From contig CAIIXF020000001.1 in NCBI GenBank assembly GCA_903813345.2, positions 49,662,001 through 49,726,000 on the forward strand: 64,000 nucleotides of DNA, given 5' to 3'. Position 1 is the stretch's first letter, and every line of letters starts with the position of its first letter. Position numbers and translations under genes: made by a program. The notes under the pieces are model-generated. The model had not been told where the DNA came from. It saw only the letters and a program-made list of their open reading frames with translations, and ran no database searches. The DNA comes from Owenia fusiformis (lineage: Eukaryota). Shown in pieces: positions 25,472-37,238 of the stretch.

Positions 25472-28269
25472 TATAGCAATAATTGGGTGTAGTCAAGGTG
25501 AAGTATATTACTTTTTACAGCAACTCATCAACATTAACAGAAATGATTTCTAATTCATCATCCATTTGACAACAAAGTTATGGAGAAAAAGAAAAAATCC
25601 TTTTCTGCCGATATCTATCAAGTAAATGTTCATATTGAGAAATCATAATCGGCAATTTTTTGTGTCGCTTCACAAAATGTTGAATGGTATTTGTTACAAT
25701 TTGTTGGCATTGCCATTATCTTTATTCCAGCAAAGTTTTGCTAAACCAGAAGGTTCTACTTTGCAAAGGCTTTGTAATAATACTTTCTGATTCAAACTTC
25801 TTTGACAAAACTGTTTATTTTAATACCTGTAAAATCTCTTTCTGTTTAACTCAATTTATATTCAAAAGTTATCAAATAAACTAATATTAGAAAACTAACA
25901 ATGGTTTGAAAAGTAAATTTTGCTACAAATAAGTGTTTCCTGAGAAATAAAGGGTAGGATTTGATCATTTTTAGCTTGAAACCAATTTTTAAATTGTCTT
26001 AGAGAGTGACCAGATCAGCTTGACCTTGGAGTTTTAACACAGGACATCAATTTCGCGCCCAAATATGGCATCTCAAAAATAGAACTGTCAATCAAATAAA
26101 GACAACATATATTTTAGATGTATATTTGGATTTTGGATGTGTGAAATGGATTTGAAATAAATTAGAATGTAATGAATCGTTATTAAAAGGTTACTGTGAC
26201 CTATTTATGAAATATTAATCAATTGTTTGGATTATGGTTTTATACTTAAATAAGAGAAAATCTAATTTGGGGTTTGCAGTCATTGATGTTGCATAAATGT
26301 TTGTTTTAGCTTGGTTATGTTTTTGGGTACGTATGATTGATTCAAGAGGGTGTTGAAGTCATTACTGTGTTAAATCCAGCATAGAATTGAAATAGACCAA
26401 GAGTGTCTAATATTAATCATTGCCTAGGAGACTGAAGAGAAGCCTTATTAAAGTTGTAATTTATTATTGTAATCTATGGCAAAAACAAGGTGTTATTAAC
26501 ATAGATGTTATTACATCTATTATTACATAGATGAAGCTCTCTTTTAAGGATGTGGAAAGGGTACAAAATAAGTTAAAATGAGTAGAAATTTTGCGATTTA
26601 ATATTTACAATGTGGGTTATAGAAGGAATTATTTCTACAGACAGTTTTTTATTAGATCTGAAATGTTTATGCCTCGTTTGATTATCTTCTTTTTAGAATT
26701 ACCAAAATGTATTCTCAATATATCATTCAATAAGTCAGCCAGGCTGTTTTAGAATAATTCATAATCTGGGATTTTTATACCATCTGATGACCAATTTCCC
26801 ATAACGCTAATCAAGTAAATCATAGATTATTGCTTGTATCTTTGATATTGTGCTTATAAATTGACACTTTTTAGGAAGATTTACATTTCACTTTCATATT
26901 TCAAGCTCTTCTGGGGCTGAGTTTAACCCGATTTTTCAATGACAATGTGACAATTTGAAGATTGTTATTATGGCTATAATGACCTTAGCGAACAGAAATT
27001 CTTAGAATAACTTCAGTAGATAAAAAGGCAATAGGCATTTTGATAGTAGTCTTGCATCAAACCATTGCAACCCCTTTCTAGTATCTATTTCCTTGTGCAG
27101 AAAGTGTGCATGTTAGTGGTGTGGGGTAAACAAGAGCTCGCAGGGCCTGATGCTAGCCTATTCTGATACCCACTGCATCCCCTTTTATATAATCGACAAC
27201 ATTGAAATGGCCATGATGGTTGAAGGGTGATTTCATTTTTAATTATACTAGTGCAACAATTAATCATGAAACCCCTAATGAACACTATCTATGCACACAA
27301 TATAGTAATGATCTTGCCAAATAAATAATTCATGCCCTCTCTACACAGGTGATGATTCTCGGATTGTTTGAGTCACAATTGAACAAATTGTAATTCTTGG
27401 CGATAGACTAGGTGCCAGTAGAAAAAAATCTTGATTTACGTCGTTAAATATTCAAAATTCAGTCAGAGTGATGTGACATTTGAAATCTACATGTAAAAGT
27501 GCATCTAGAAATATGGTTTCGAAAATTGTTTATCAACTTTGAAAATTTAAAACTTTGAAAATGCGACTTCTTGTTCGGGGAGATCCCCCATAGACCCCAT
27601 GTTACAAAATCACTTGAAGTGAAATATTTTTTCTTGTATTGGATAGATAACATTTTCTTTTACAGGACATACATGTATATTAATTTGAATAATTATGAGG
27701 TACATAAGGGTGATATGAAAATTGAACTACTAAAACAGATGTAATTTAAGTTAAGGGGAACTTTCTACTATTCCCGCCATGCTATCTGACCCGAATGACC
27801 CACCTGGTGGTGAAACTGGTAACTTCCTACCTGCATCTGCGTTATCGGTGATCATACTCTAAATTCCCCGAGCCAGTCAGAGCTCAATGACAACAATTTT
27901 CATGTTGGTTTCAAAAGGTCAACACGACTCTGCTTTTCTCCAATTGATTGAATGATAAACTGGAAAATAATAAATCCTCCTCAGAGTCTGGTGCACTATT
28001 ATTCTGAGCTCAGGGTAAAATTGAAATGCATTTCTCTGATTTTAACGTGGATATTAAATATGAAATGCTGAATCATGTTCATTTCATACTAATGCTGGCT
28101 TTGGTAAAGGGTATCTTGACTTACAAGGTATGATTAATTGATTGAAGAAATATATTGTTGGCAATAATGGTTGTAGGAAATACGGTATATTTTATAGTCA
28201 CCTAAAGGTCAGTCACAGTTAATAGACTTGCAGAATATATAATTATGATACATTGTATATACTTAATTA

Positions 28270-28500
28270 TAGACAATATAGAATGTTTATTTACAATATG
28301 TACTAGATCATAGACATGAACAATATGTGATAAATCATAGACATAAACTCTATAAATGTATGTTTACAATATGTACTAAATCAGAGATGGACAATATGTA
28401 TTTACAATATGTACTAAATAATAGACATGAACAATATATGTCATAGACCTGAACAATATATATTTACAATATGTACTAAAATAGTTACAAACATGTACAA
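28270..28500. repeat. Degenerate tandem repeat (TTTACAATATGTACTAAATCATAGACATGAACAATAT)
   Basis: TTTACAATATGTACTA occurs four times with variable spacers. Confidence 0.7.
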
Positions 28501-29108
28501 TTTCACTGAGGACTTCTGGAACAAACTAGTATTATGCATTATGCTCTATAATTGGATAATCATTGATACTTTTTACATTTGGGATTTAACGACTTGTTTT
28601 GTTGAAGTAAAATCAAATCATCTTGTAGGGTCAGAGAAAACTTATCTAAATTGGCATCTGATTGACATGTCATTCATTTTTTCTAATCATTTGACCTTAG
28701 CAACTATATCCACTGTATTCCATTGTCTTTGTAATTTAGAGAGAAGCCTCTCAGCAAGATAACATTTTTAGTATTATTTTCTTTGTTTCTAATAATGTAA
28801 AATTATTCACTTATGTAAAGGAACAACGAGGAAATGTGTTAAACTTTCCAAAAAAATTAATTGAGATTTTAGACTTTTGTTGCCACTTTAAGGTACATTT
28901 ACATCGATACTCAAATATTTTTTGTCTTGGAATGTTACTAGATTGTTGATATATATAATGTCTCTCTCAGTTCAAGTCAGCTCATTTAGCTTGGGACAAA
29001 GTTATCAGAAAATGCTATCGACTTTTGACACATTCAATTTCACTTTTTCTAATCTAATAGCCACAATGCGATCCACTTTGGTATATTTATTACAAAAGCA
29101 AGCTATAG

Positions 29109-30403
29109 CACGGTGTATAACCCAAACGCTCCTACATGCACGACGGAGCGTTTCATTACTGAAATTAAACAAAGAAACGCTCCGGAGTAGGAAAACTGGC
29201 TGGCGGGAATGATGAGCCGTCTGACGATTTCCCTAATAATGGGAATAAGAGGCATGAGTTACATATTTCGAGTATACCATTCGATGGGTGTGATATTCAT
29301 GTTGTACGTGACTGGCTGTTGACATTTGAAGCAATTAGGAAGAGCTATACGAAGCAGTATAGTTATCAAAACTCAAAAACGTATTTGTCATTCTACCGGT
29401 CAAAACCCCTTTTGTGGATACATCTGATTAGTTGAGCCAAGATTAGAGCACCAACGTATATTTTAGTCAAATTCCAATGCTTCAACGCACCATACATTAT
29501 CGTAATAGTGATTTGATGACCGAAAATCCAGTCTTAAAAATGATGACATTCTCATATTCAAGAAACGCTCCGATCTGATTATAACAGTGAACTGGAAACG
29601 CTCCGGTAGTCTAGATCAGTTTAGATAATATATAGCTTGCCTTTCCTTTTCAGGAAGAGAAAGAAAAGATCTATTATACCCCTTTAGGCATCAATAGAAG
29701 AAAGATTAATTCTCATATAAATTTTCGTTTTTTCTATAGTTTTATGATCTAGCACATATGTAGACATGACATCATCTAATGTATAGGCTTAAATCAGCTA
29801 GTTGCACGTTTAGCACCACCAGGTTCAGATGTTTCAATTTGCCTAACAAGTACAACACGTTTTTAAGAGATAGATTCGATTCGGGACTCTTCTCTAATAA
29901 TCTGAAAATGATATCAAAACAAAATGGTAAGAGCGTTTCTAAAATTGTGTTCTAAATCGACGGAGCGTTTCGAGGAAAACAAGCGATTTCTCGAGAACAA
30001 GTAATGGATTTGGACTGGGATTTTAGGAAATGAGAATATACGAGTTTGTGATCTACTACTTTAACAGAAAGATTAACGTTTTCATAGAAATACTGGTTTA
30101 ATTCGTAATTTGTGGTCAAAACGTCATCTTCAGATTCGTTCGATCTACACTACGGAGCTTTGATCAAGCAAATAACAGTTTACCACCAGAAGTTGAATAA
30201 ATAAGATCTTTGCTCACGGTATTGTTCATCGAATGGTACATAATATTTCACCATAACATATGATATGTAAGAGAAACGAGAGAAACAATACTTACGGTCA
30301 TAGTGGAATCTTCATTAGCCGCCATTTTATTTCGCTCCGGAGCGTTTCCGCGTAAATGTAACGCTCCGTCGTGCATGTAGGAGCGTTTGGGTTATACACC
30401 GTG
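29109..30403. mobile_element. 1295-bp non-autonomous DNA transposon with perfect 44-bp TIRs starting CACGGTG and a 5-bp TSD (Transib/RAG-like)
   Basis: TIR CACGGTGTATAACCCAAACGCTCCTACATGCACGACGGAGCGTT at both ends; TATAG on both flanks; repeated AAACGCTCC motifs; no long ORF. Confidence 0.88.
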
Positions 30404-33400
30404 TATAGTGTCATTATTTGTCCCCCATTGATTCTAGTCAATGATGGAGTCACGGAGGTTTGTTCACGTTTTAGAAGATTGGAATTACTTCATTCCATAG
30501 ACATTTATAGAATTGATCTTTCATTCAGTAACTACAAATTCCAATTAAATATTGGCCAGATCAAAGAGTTATCCCAAATTTTGTGACTGTTGATGAGGTT
30601 GAGCTCTCATGAAAATGCTATGAAAATTCTTCTGAGTTATTTAAAGAAACACTGAAAGCTTTTGATGAATAAGAATTTAATCAATTGTCAGACTGGAAAT
30701 CTTTTTTTCCTTTTTAGACCTGTCTTCATGATCGCTTAATATTAAATTAGCCAGTTTTTTTAATGTTGGGTATTAATATATCAGAAAAAACTGAGTTAGT
30801 GTATAAAAATACGAATAATTTGTAAAATCTACAATGTACAGTCGTAAGTAAATTGTTTTCAAGAATATCAGGTGTAAATTAATAGACATCCTACATGTGC
30901 ATTAGTGATGCAAAATTACTCATTTATTTTGCCATTTCCTGGAAGTGTTTCATTCAAGCATACCTGTCAGTTATCTCAGCAACTCAATGTCACAGTCTTC
31001 CTGCGATTTCTGAGCTAGGTTTTGAATAAGAGTCCCATCACCAATATGAATATATGTTTTTGTATCATTTAATTTGGTCAGTCACAAAGTTTCCCAGTAG
31101 TTACATCATCACTTTCCACTGGTTCTAGAGACCTGAGGTAGGACAACTGAAATCTTGTGAAGAAAGACGAGCCTATACAAAACTAATGCAACAAGAAATA
31201 AAAAAAAGAAACGATTGTTTCTCTACTGTTACGTGGCTCTCAGAAAGATTTTCTGGATAATTTTTCCCAGTCTTCAGTGTTCAAGCCATGAATCTGACCA
31301 GCCATCATGATTGAAGAGAACATCGAAATAACATTAATGATTTATATCTCACACTATCTTGTCCTCATATAACTTCTAATCAAATTATAACATGCTCTAT
31401 GATTCTACTACATCATAAAAATGAGATATCTTTAATAACATACAGGAGATAAGTCAAACAGTAATAGAACGACTGTGTCCCCAGGATTTTTTTTCGGCTG
31501 ATTGCAAAATGATTATTTTTATCGAATCTAACTCCCTATTTTTCATACATTTCTTTAATTCTCTATTTACGTGTTCTGATGGATTATCCAACTCTAAATG
31601 AATCATGTTCTTTGGCTATACTAGTTACCCTTTGCATTCGTTCAACTTCACTTCTTAAAAGAGAGTTCCATCTTCACTCTTTCAGGTTATAATAAATCTA
31701 TGATCTCACTGAGCCAATGAGAATTCGTCGTTGAAAAAGGACGACTTTCTATATATGGTCATTTCCTCTGACATCATCGCAAAGTTAATAAGCACGCATT
31801 TAGCTAGCGTTCCTTCCAGTTCGCTGATTGGTTGAAAAAAGGTCAGCGTGGTTGGTTTGAAATGATTCAGCCATTTGTCTTTGGGGCGGAGCTGCTAAAC
31901 TGTAATTGAGTCTATATGAGGCAGAGGGTAATTTATGACTAGACTCTGCGCACAGGGTACTGCTTGTCTGCTACATCAATGCTGGTGAGAACTTTGAGTT
32001 ACTTTGATCAATGAGGAAATTGTCATAAATGATCAATGTTTCCAATTCAAGTATTCCCTGGATATTGACAACATGCCTTCTTATCTACCTAAATATAAAC
32101 TGATTTAGAATAAGAACCAATTCATGTTTTTCAGTTATTTAAAGTCTGATGCATGTAATAAAATAATAGCCATATAGTGGAATTTGTGGAAAGAATGTGT
32201 ATCATATACCTGTATTATTCGAAAGACTTATACTTAATGCGTTATTGCAGTATGTGTTTATGTTTTGTATGGAATCCATATAAGGAAACTGCCAACCAGT
32301 CGATAAGATTGACAAAATCATTGGATAGAATCTGCCTCAACCCCAAAGGAGTCGTAGATATTTATAATAATTGGCATGTCACATTTATCTAAACAATGTT
32401 CTGGATGTATCGGAGACATAATTATCACATGGTGGGTTCATTCCTTACTCACTTTGTCCATAATCTATATTATTCTTTTTCTATAGTTTTTTTTCATAAT
32501 TGCAGTTTCTTTGATTGCATCATGGTATAGATAGGTAATGGTTTGTTTTCGCTAGTTTCCTTGAAATGAAAATCTTTTCAATGCAAAATATAAGTAGGAT
32601 GGATGGTAGAGAAAATGTCCATTCAATTTTAAACTTCCAAGATATGCACTTTGTAGAGTGATAGGGTATGAATTATGAAATGAATGAATTTAATTATATA
32701 ATATTAAGTAAACACTTTTGGTACTTCTTTCAAAGGGAGACTAAGTTGGGTAAGAATATTCCAAGTGAAAGTATAAAGTCTAGGGTAGTCTGTAAACTGA
32801 TATTGGACATAAAAGCTACCACAAGAAACACTGGAATGAGATTATTGGTACTAAGTTCTGAGTAGTTCTGGTAGTAATGATCAATGGGATTATTAAATTA
32901 GGAGGCCATTGGACTATGTTCAGTGTTATATTAACTTAACAGAGCTAGTCAATAGTCATATTGTTATAGTATATTTAATATCAATTGAATTTGTAACATT
33001 GTGTAATTTTTACAGACAATTGGATGAGGATAAAGCAAACCTGGTTGAAGTTAGGCTCTTTGGAAAACTCAGTTAGTACACTGTAGTGATTGTGAATTGT
33101 GAGTTCTGAAACACTCTTTTCGCTAAGAGGAAAAAGAAAAATTATCAAAAACAGCAAAATGCAAAATATGTTGATGTAAATAAGCATAAGAATTTCTTTA
33201 AATGTGGTAAGTGCTATTTTAAAAGTGTTTTTATTGTTTGACTTTGTATCTGATATATTCATTATTATAGACATTAGATCATGGGTTCTATGATGTCATG
33301 GCCACAAATGGACATGCTCATTCGATGGATCATAAGCAAAGATACACATGTATACATTCTAATGAATATGTATTCTTCAAAATGATATATTTCAATTTGG

Positions 33401-33696
33401 TTTGAATTGATGGCTTGCTACTAGCTATAACTATTTCCTGGTAATAATTAGTTTGTGCTTATGAGGAAAAAAGACTAATATGAGCTAGGAATGAATTTTT
33501 GCCATTAAAATGAAATAAAATCTCTTCACATACAATTAATACACATTTATTTTGATAATAATATTTTAATGATAATGATATAAATATGGATTATATTATA
33601 TATATATTGTTATATATATTATATTATTTATTTGAACTAGTCTGACTCAATGCACTTTTACCTATATTTGCTCTTTTCAATCAATGTTCCTTATTG

Positions 33697-33850
33697 ACTT
33701 TTGATATAAGGGTTCATTATTTTCACTTTTGATATAAGGGTTTCCTATTTGCACTTATGATATAAGGGTTCATTATTTTCACTTTTGATATAAGGGTTTC
33801 CTATTTGCACTTATGATATAAGGGTTCATTATTTTCACTTTTGATAGAAG
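33697..33850. repeat. Tandem repeat of alternating ~28-bp subunits (ACTTTTGATATAAGGGTT...)
   Basis: GATATAAGGGTT occurs five times. Confidence 0.85.
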
Positions 33851-34304
33851 ACCCTTGATACAGTTTACCATTTGCAGGATTTCGCATCTGATCCGCATCC
33901 ATCATTTCAAAATGAAATATTTTTGCTGTTTCATTAACAGCTCTCTGAAGTCCAGTTAGAAGTGTATTGATGACCAGATGTATAGCAGTAGCCCCTGTAG
34001 ATTGTTACATTATGATCAGATGTCCTGTTTTATCTCATGGGTCCTCTTAATATGTATTGATTGTACAGTTTAGTTTATTCCTTTTTATCACACTTTTTCA
34101 AAATGCTATATTGTCAACATCTGGGCTGGTAGGCGCACATGAATCAAAATTTTGGGAAAACTGCTTACCTGTTAAACTTAAAATTTTTTTAAATTCTGAA
34201 TAGGTTTTAGCCGTGCAATGTAAATTACTTGGTGGCCATATTGAATTTTTTGATGAAAAGTGCAATATTTATTTTTTGATCAAAGTAATATTCTATAGCA
34301 TATT

Positions 34305-34750
34305 ATCAGTTATTACACGTTTCAGCATGTGATACGGGAAATATTCCACGAAAGTAAAAATTGTATAACCACGAAAGCGCAGCTTGAGTGGTGATACTTT
34401 TTTACTGAGTGGAATATTTCCCGTATCACATACGCTGAAACATGTGATGACGATTTTATCACATACTATGTAGAAATTTAGTGATTTGATTGGTAGCTTT
34501 CTTTGTCGTTCTAACTTCTAGTTCCTCAAATGACGAATTCATCATTTCTAAGAAATAGTAACATAGCCTATACATATGTGAAGTCATTTTGAATTAGGAA
34601 AGAATAGAATGAAGTTGTATGACGTCATTTCGTTACCATAGACAAGGTGTGGTATGTGTGCTCGTATCATATGAAATTTATGTGATACGAGAAATACGTC
34701 ATAGAAAGCAACCAATCAAATCACTAGATTTATACATAGTATGTGATAAT
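34305..34750. mobile_element. Hairpin-ended non-autonomous element (~140-bp palindrome followed by a ~48-bp inverted-repeat pair)
   Basis: Palindrome at 34309-34451 with an AAGCGCAGCTT apex; inverted repeats at 34454-34502 and 34703-34750. Confidence 0.7.
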
Positions 34751-36414
34751 AATTGATACCCTTCTCAATAATTTGATTTTGCCTCTAAAAGAGAGCTTCA
34801 TCTGCAGTTGAAATCACCACTAGCCTCTCGGCCTCAATTAATTAACTGATAAAGCGTAGTTTCTAATATAGAATTATTGAAACAAGTAATTTAGAATAAC
34901 AAGTGATCCCTTAACCATGAGTTATAATGTCAGGATAACACTGAAGCTTAATTACAATTTAAAGTATTCAAAGATAAAACTGTGTCTAATCTAGCTTATA
35001 GTGATTAATGATACTCATCAGCGGCTCATTGATGAAGGAGAACCAGGATATTTTACAGTTGTCCTATAATGCAAGCTCATATGTGATATTTGCTTAGGAG
35101 AGAGACTTTTAATCATGGATTAATCTTTTTTCTTTCTTTTTTTATTACTTGAAAAATGTTCACGTTGCTCTTGAATATTTAATAATAAATAATGAATAAA
35201 TAAATAAAATGATAAAATCTAAGCCTGATAAATCTAACAAAAAAAGGAAAGCATGCAAACTTTTTGATTGGTTTCAAATAAGTGAATATGCTTTGTTAAT
35301 GTCATATAATATTGTAAGAAAATAGAAGCATAAAAGACATGTTTCTTTACTGACATATAATTGCTTTGTAATCTTGTTGACCAACCATGGGCAATAATAC
35401 TGACACGCCCCTTGGAGCATGCCTCTTTGAGTATGTCTGTATTAGTTTATAGTTTTATGTCACTGACTAATCAATATATATTGTTTTTAAGGAGCTATTA
35501 ACAATGCTGTATATACCCTATTGGACATTGCAATAACATTGGAAAGATATGGAATCTCTGGACCTATCGTCGAATCATGTGGCGAAATCGTGTAAAATGT
35601 GTCCAAAAGAAAGGATTTAATTAGAGGGCTTGTATGATGTTGCTGTCGAAGAAGTTACCTTATTAGTGGGGATTATCCACAAAGGCCCAGTATAGGTTTG
35701 ATGTTGAACCCCTGGATCCCTATCAGAGTCATCAATGTCTCACCAGTTCATTTTAGAAAGAATTATTGATATAATTTTCATCTAAAAAAGATTTATTTGA
35801 ATCAGATCTACATATGGGATTATCTTGGATTCGTTGCATGCGTTATCAAACAAATTGTAATCTACAACTCCGGACTATTGGATCAGGCAATGGTTGGTAG
35901 CAGATCAATATAGATAAGTTCTAATAGACAATTTGTGTGCATGATATGTTCAGAAATCCATCAAGCCACACCCTTGAGCGCCAGGACATGCAAACACCAA
36001 GAATTATACAGAATATGATAATTTTTCCCGTTATTGGTTTGCCGTATTAGACGTCAGTGTTCCTAGACTGATGTGGGGTGTTCGATACACACCTGAGGAC
36101 CTTCATGGATGCCCTTCACATATCTTAACTTTGCGTGACTAGCTTAGAAGGATTTAGGGCACTGCATAGACTTGCTCCAGCTATCAGCTCTTCGAATTAA
36201 TAAAATGCAATAAAAACCAATGCATTATCAGATGGAAGAAAATTGGTACGAGCTGGTTTCTAATGAAAAATGTGTCTGGGTGACTACATGAATTAATTGC
36301 AAGCTAATACGTAAAATAACTTTCGAGAATCTAGACTTATATACTGTATGCATCAATTCTAAAATAGAGTTACCTAAGTTTGGTTAATTTGTGATGAAAT
36401 AGACGAAAACAGCC

Positions 36415-36726
36415 ATGGATAATACTGACAGGACTCCATCAGAACGTAAACCAGTGAGACGCAGCCTCTGTAGAAGGAGTGTTAGCGTATCTCAATACCT
36501 TCCTGATGGCCTCGTAAATGAAATCGATGAGAATGAATATGAAGACGTTGATGTCCAGCAGACATTAATAATGCTAGATAGGATCTTATCCGTTGAGTTT
36601 ATGACCGAACTGCAACATATTGATCCCCTGGTCCCGATAAAGATTGCACGAAGTAAGGCCATGCATAGAAGCATCAGCGATAGTGGAATATCTCGTTGTC
36701 AGCTAGCAACACTTGCAAAGCTCAAG
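36415..36726 (+). CDS. MAST: Alternative first coding exon of MAST (MDNTDRTPSERKPVRRSLCRRSVS...ATLAKLK), 104 codons
   Basis: GCCATGG start with an upstream in-frame stop; coding-like composition; AAG|GTGAGA donor in phase 0, matching the microexon at 46300. Confidence 0.7.
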
Positions 36727-37062
36727 GTGAGAAATATTTGGTGATTTTGGGCTTATCTTTGGTAACAATACCTTGTTCCATCAAAATATGGTCCAGGAAA
36801 AAAATTACTTGGTGGGCATATCTTCAGTTTCAGTCCATTTCTTCACCAATCTGAGCTGATTGACTCAGATTTATATTTCAGTCTAGTTTGTGAAATTTTC
36901 CCAACCAGTCCTTGATTGAATATCTTGGACAGTAAGTCTCAGTTATGTTTACTTTTTGAAAATGTATGCACCCATCTTTGGCACATGCTAGCTGTTTTGG
37001 TATTTGTACATTTTTGGTAGGAAATAAAACAAATATCATATAAGAAAGAGCTTTATATAAGA

Positions 37063-37238
37063 TATAGTAAAACCTGTATATATTGAACTTTTTTGCCTGG
37101 AAAAAACAATCAGTGCTAGTAGGTGTTCACTACAGATAGGGTAATTTATACAGAAGTCAGTTATGTGTGGAGGAAGGTGTCTACTTGAGACAGGTGTTCA
37201 CTAGAGAGAGGTGTTCAGTGAGACAGGCTTTACTGTAT
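37063..37238. mobile_element. Degenerate TA-flanked Tc1/mariner-like MITE
   Basis: TATAGTAAAACCTGT ... ACAGGCTTTACTGTA with repeated AGGTGTTCACT motifs; a similar 3' end lies near 24840-24968. Confidence 0.5.

Noticed and set aside
29109..30403. Autonomous transposase or RAG gene
   Set aside because: No long ORF inside the element; only ends and a possible 10-codon exon remain.
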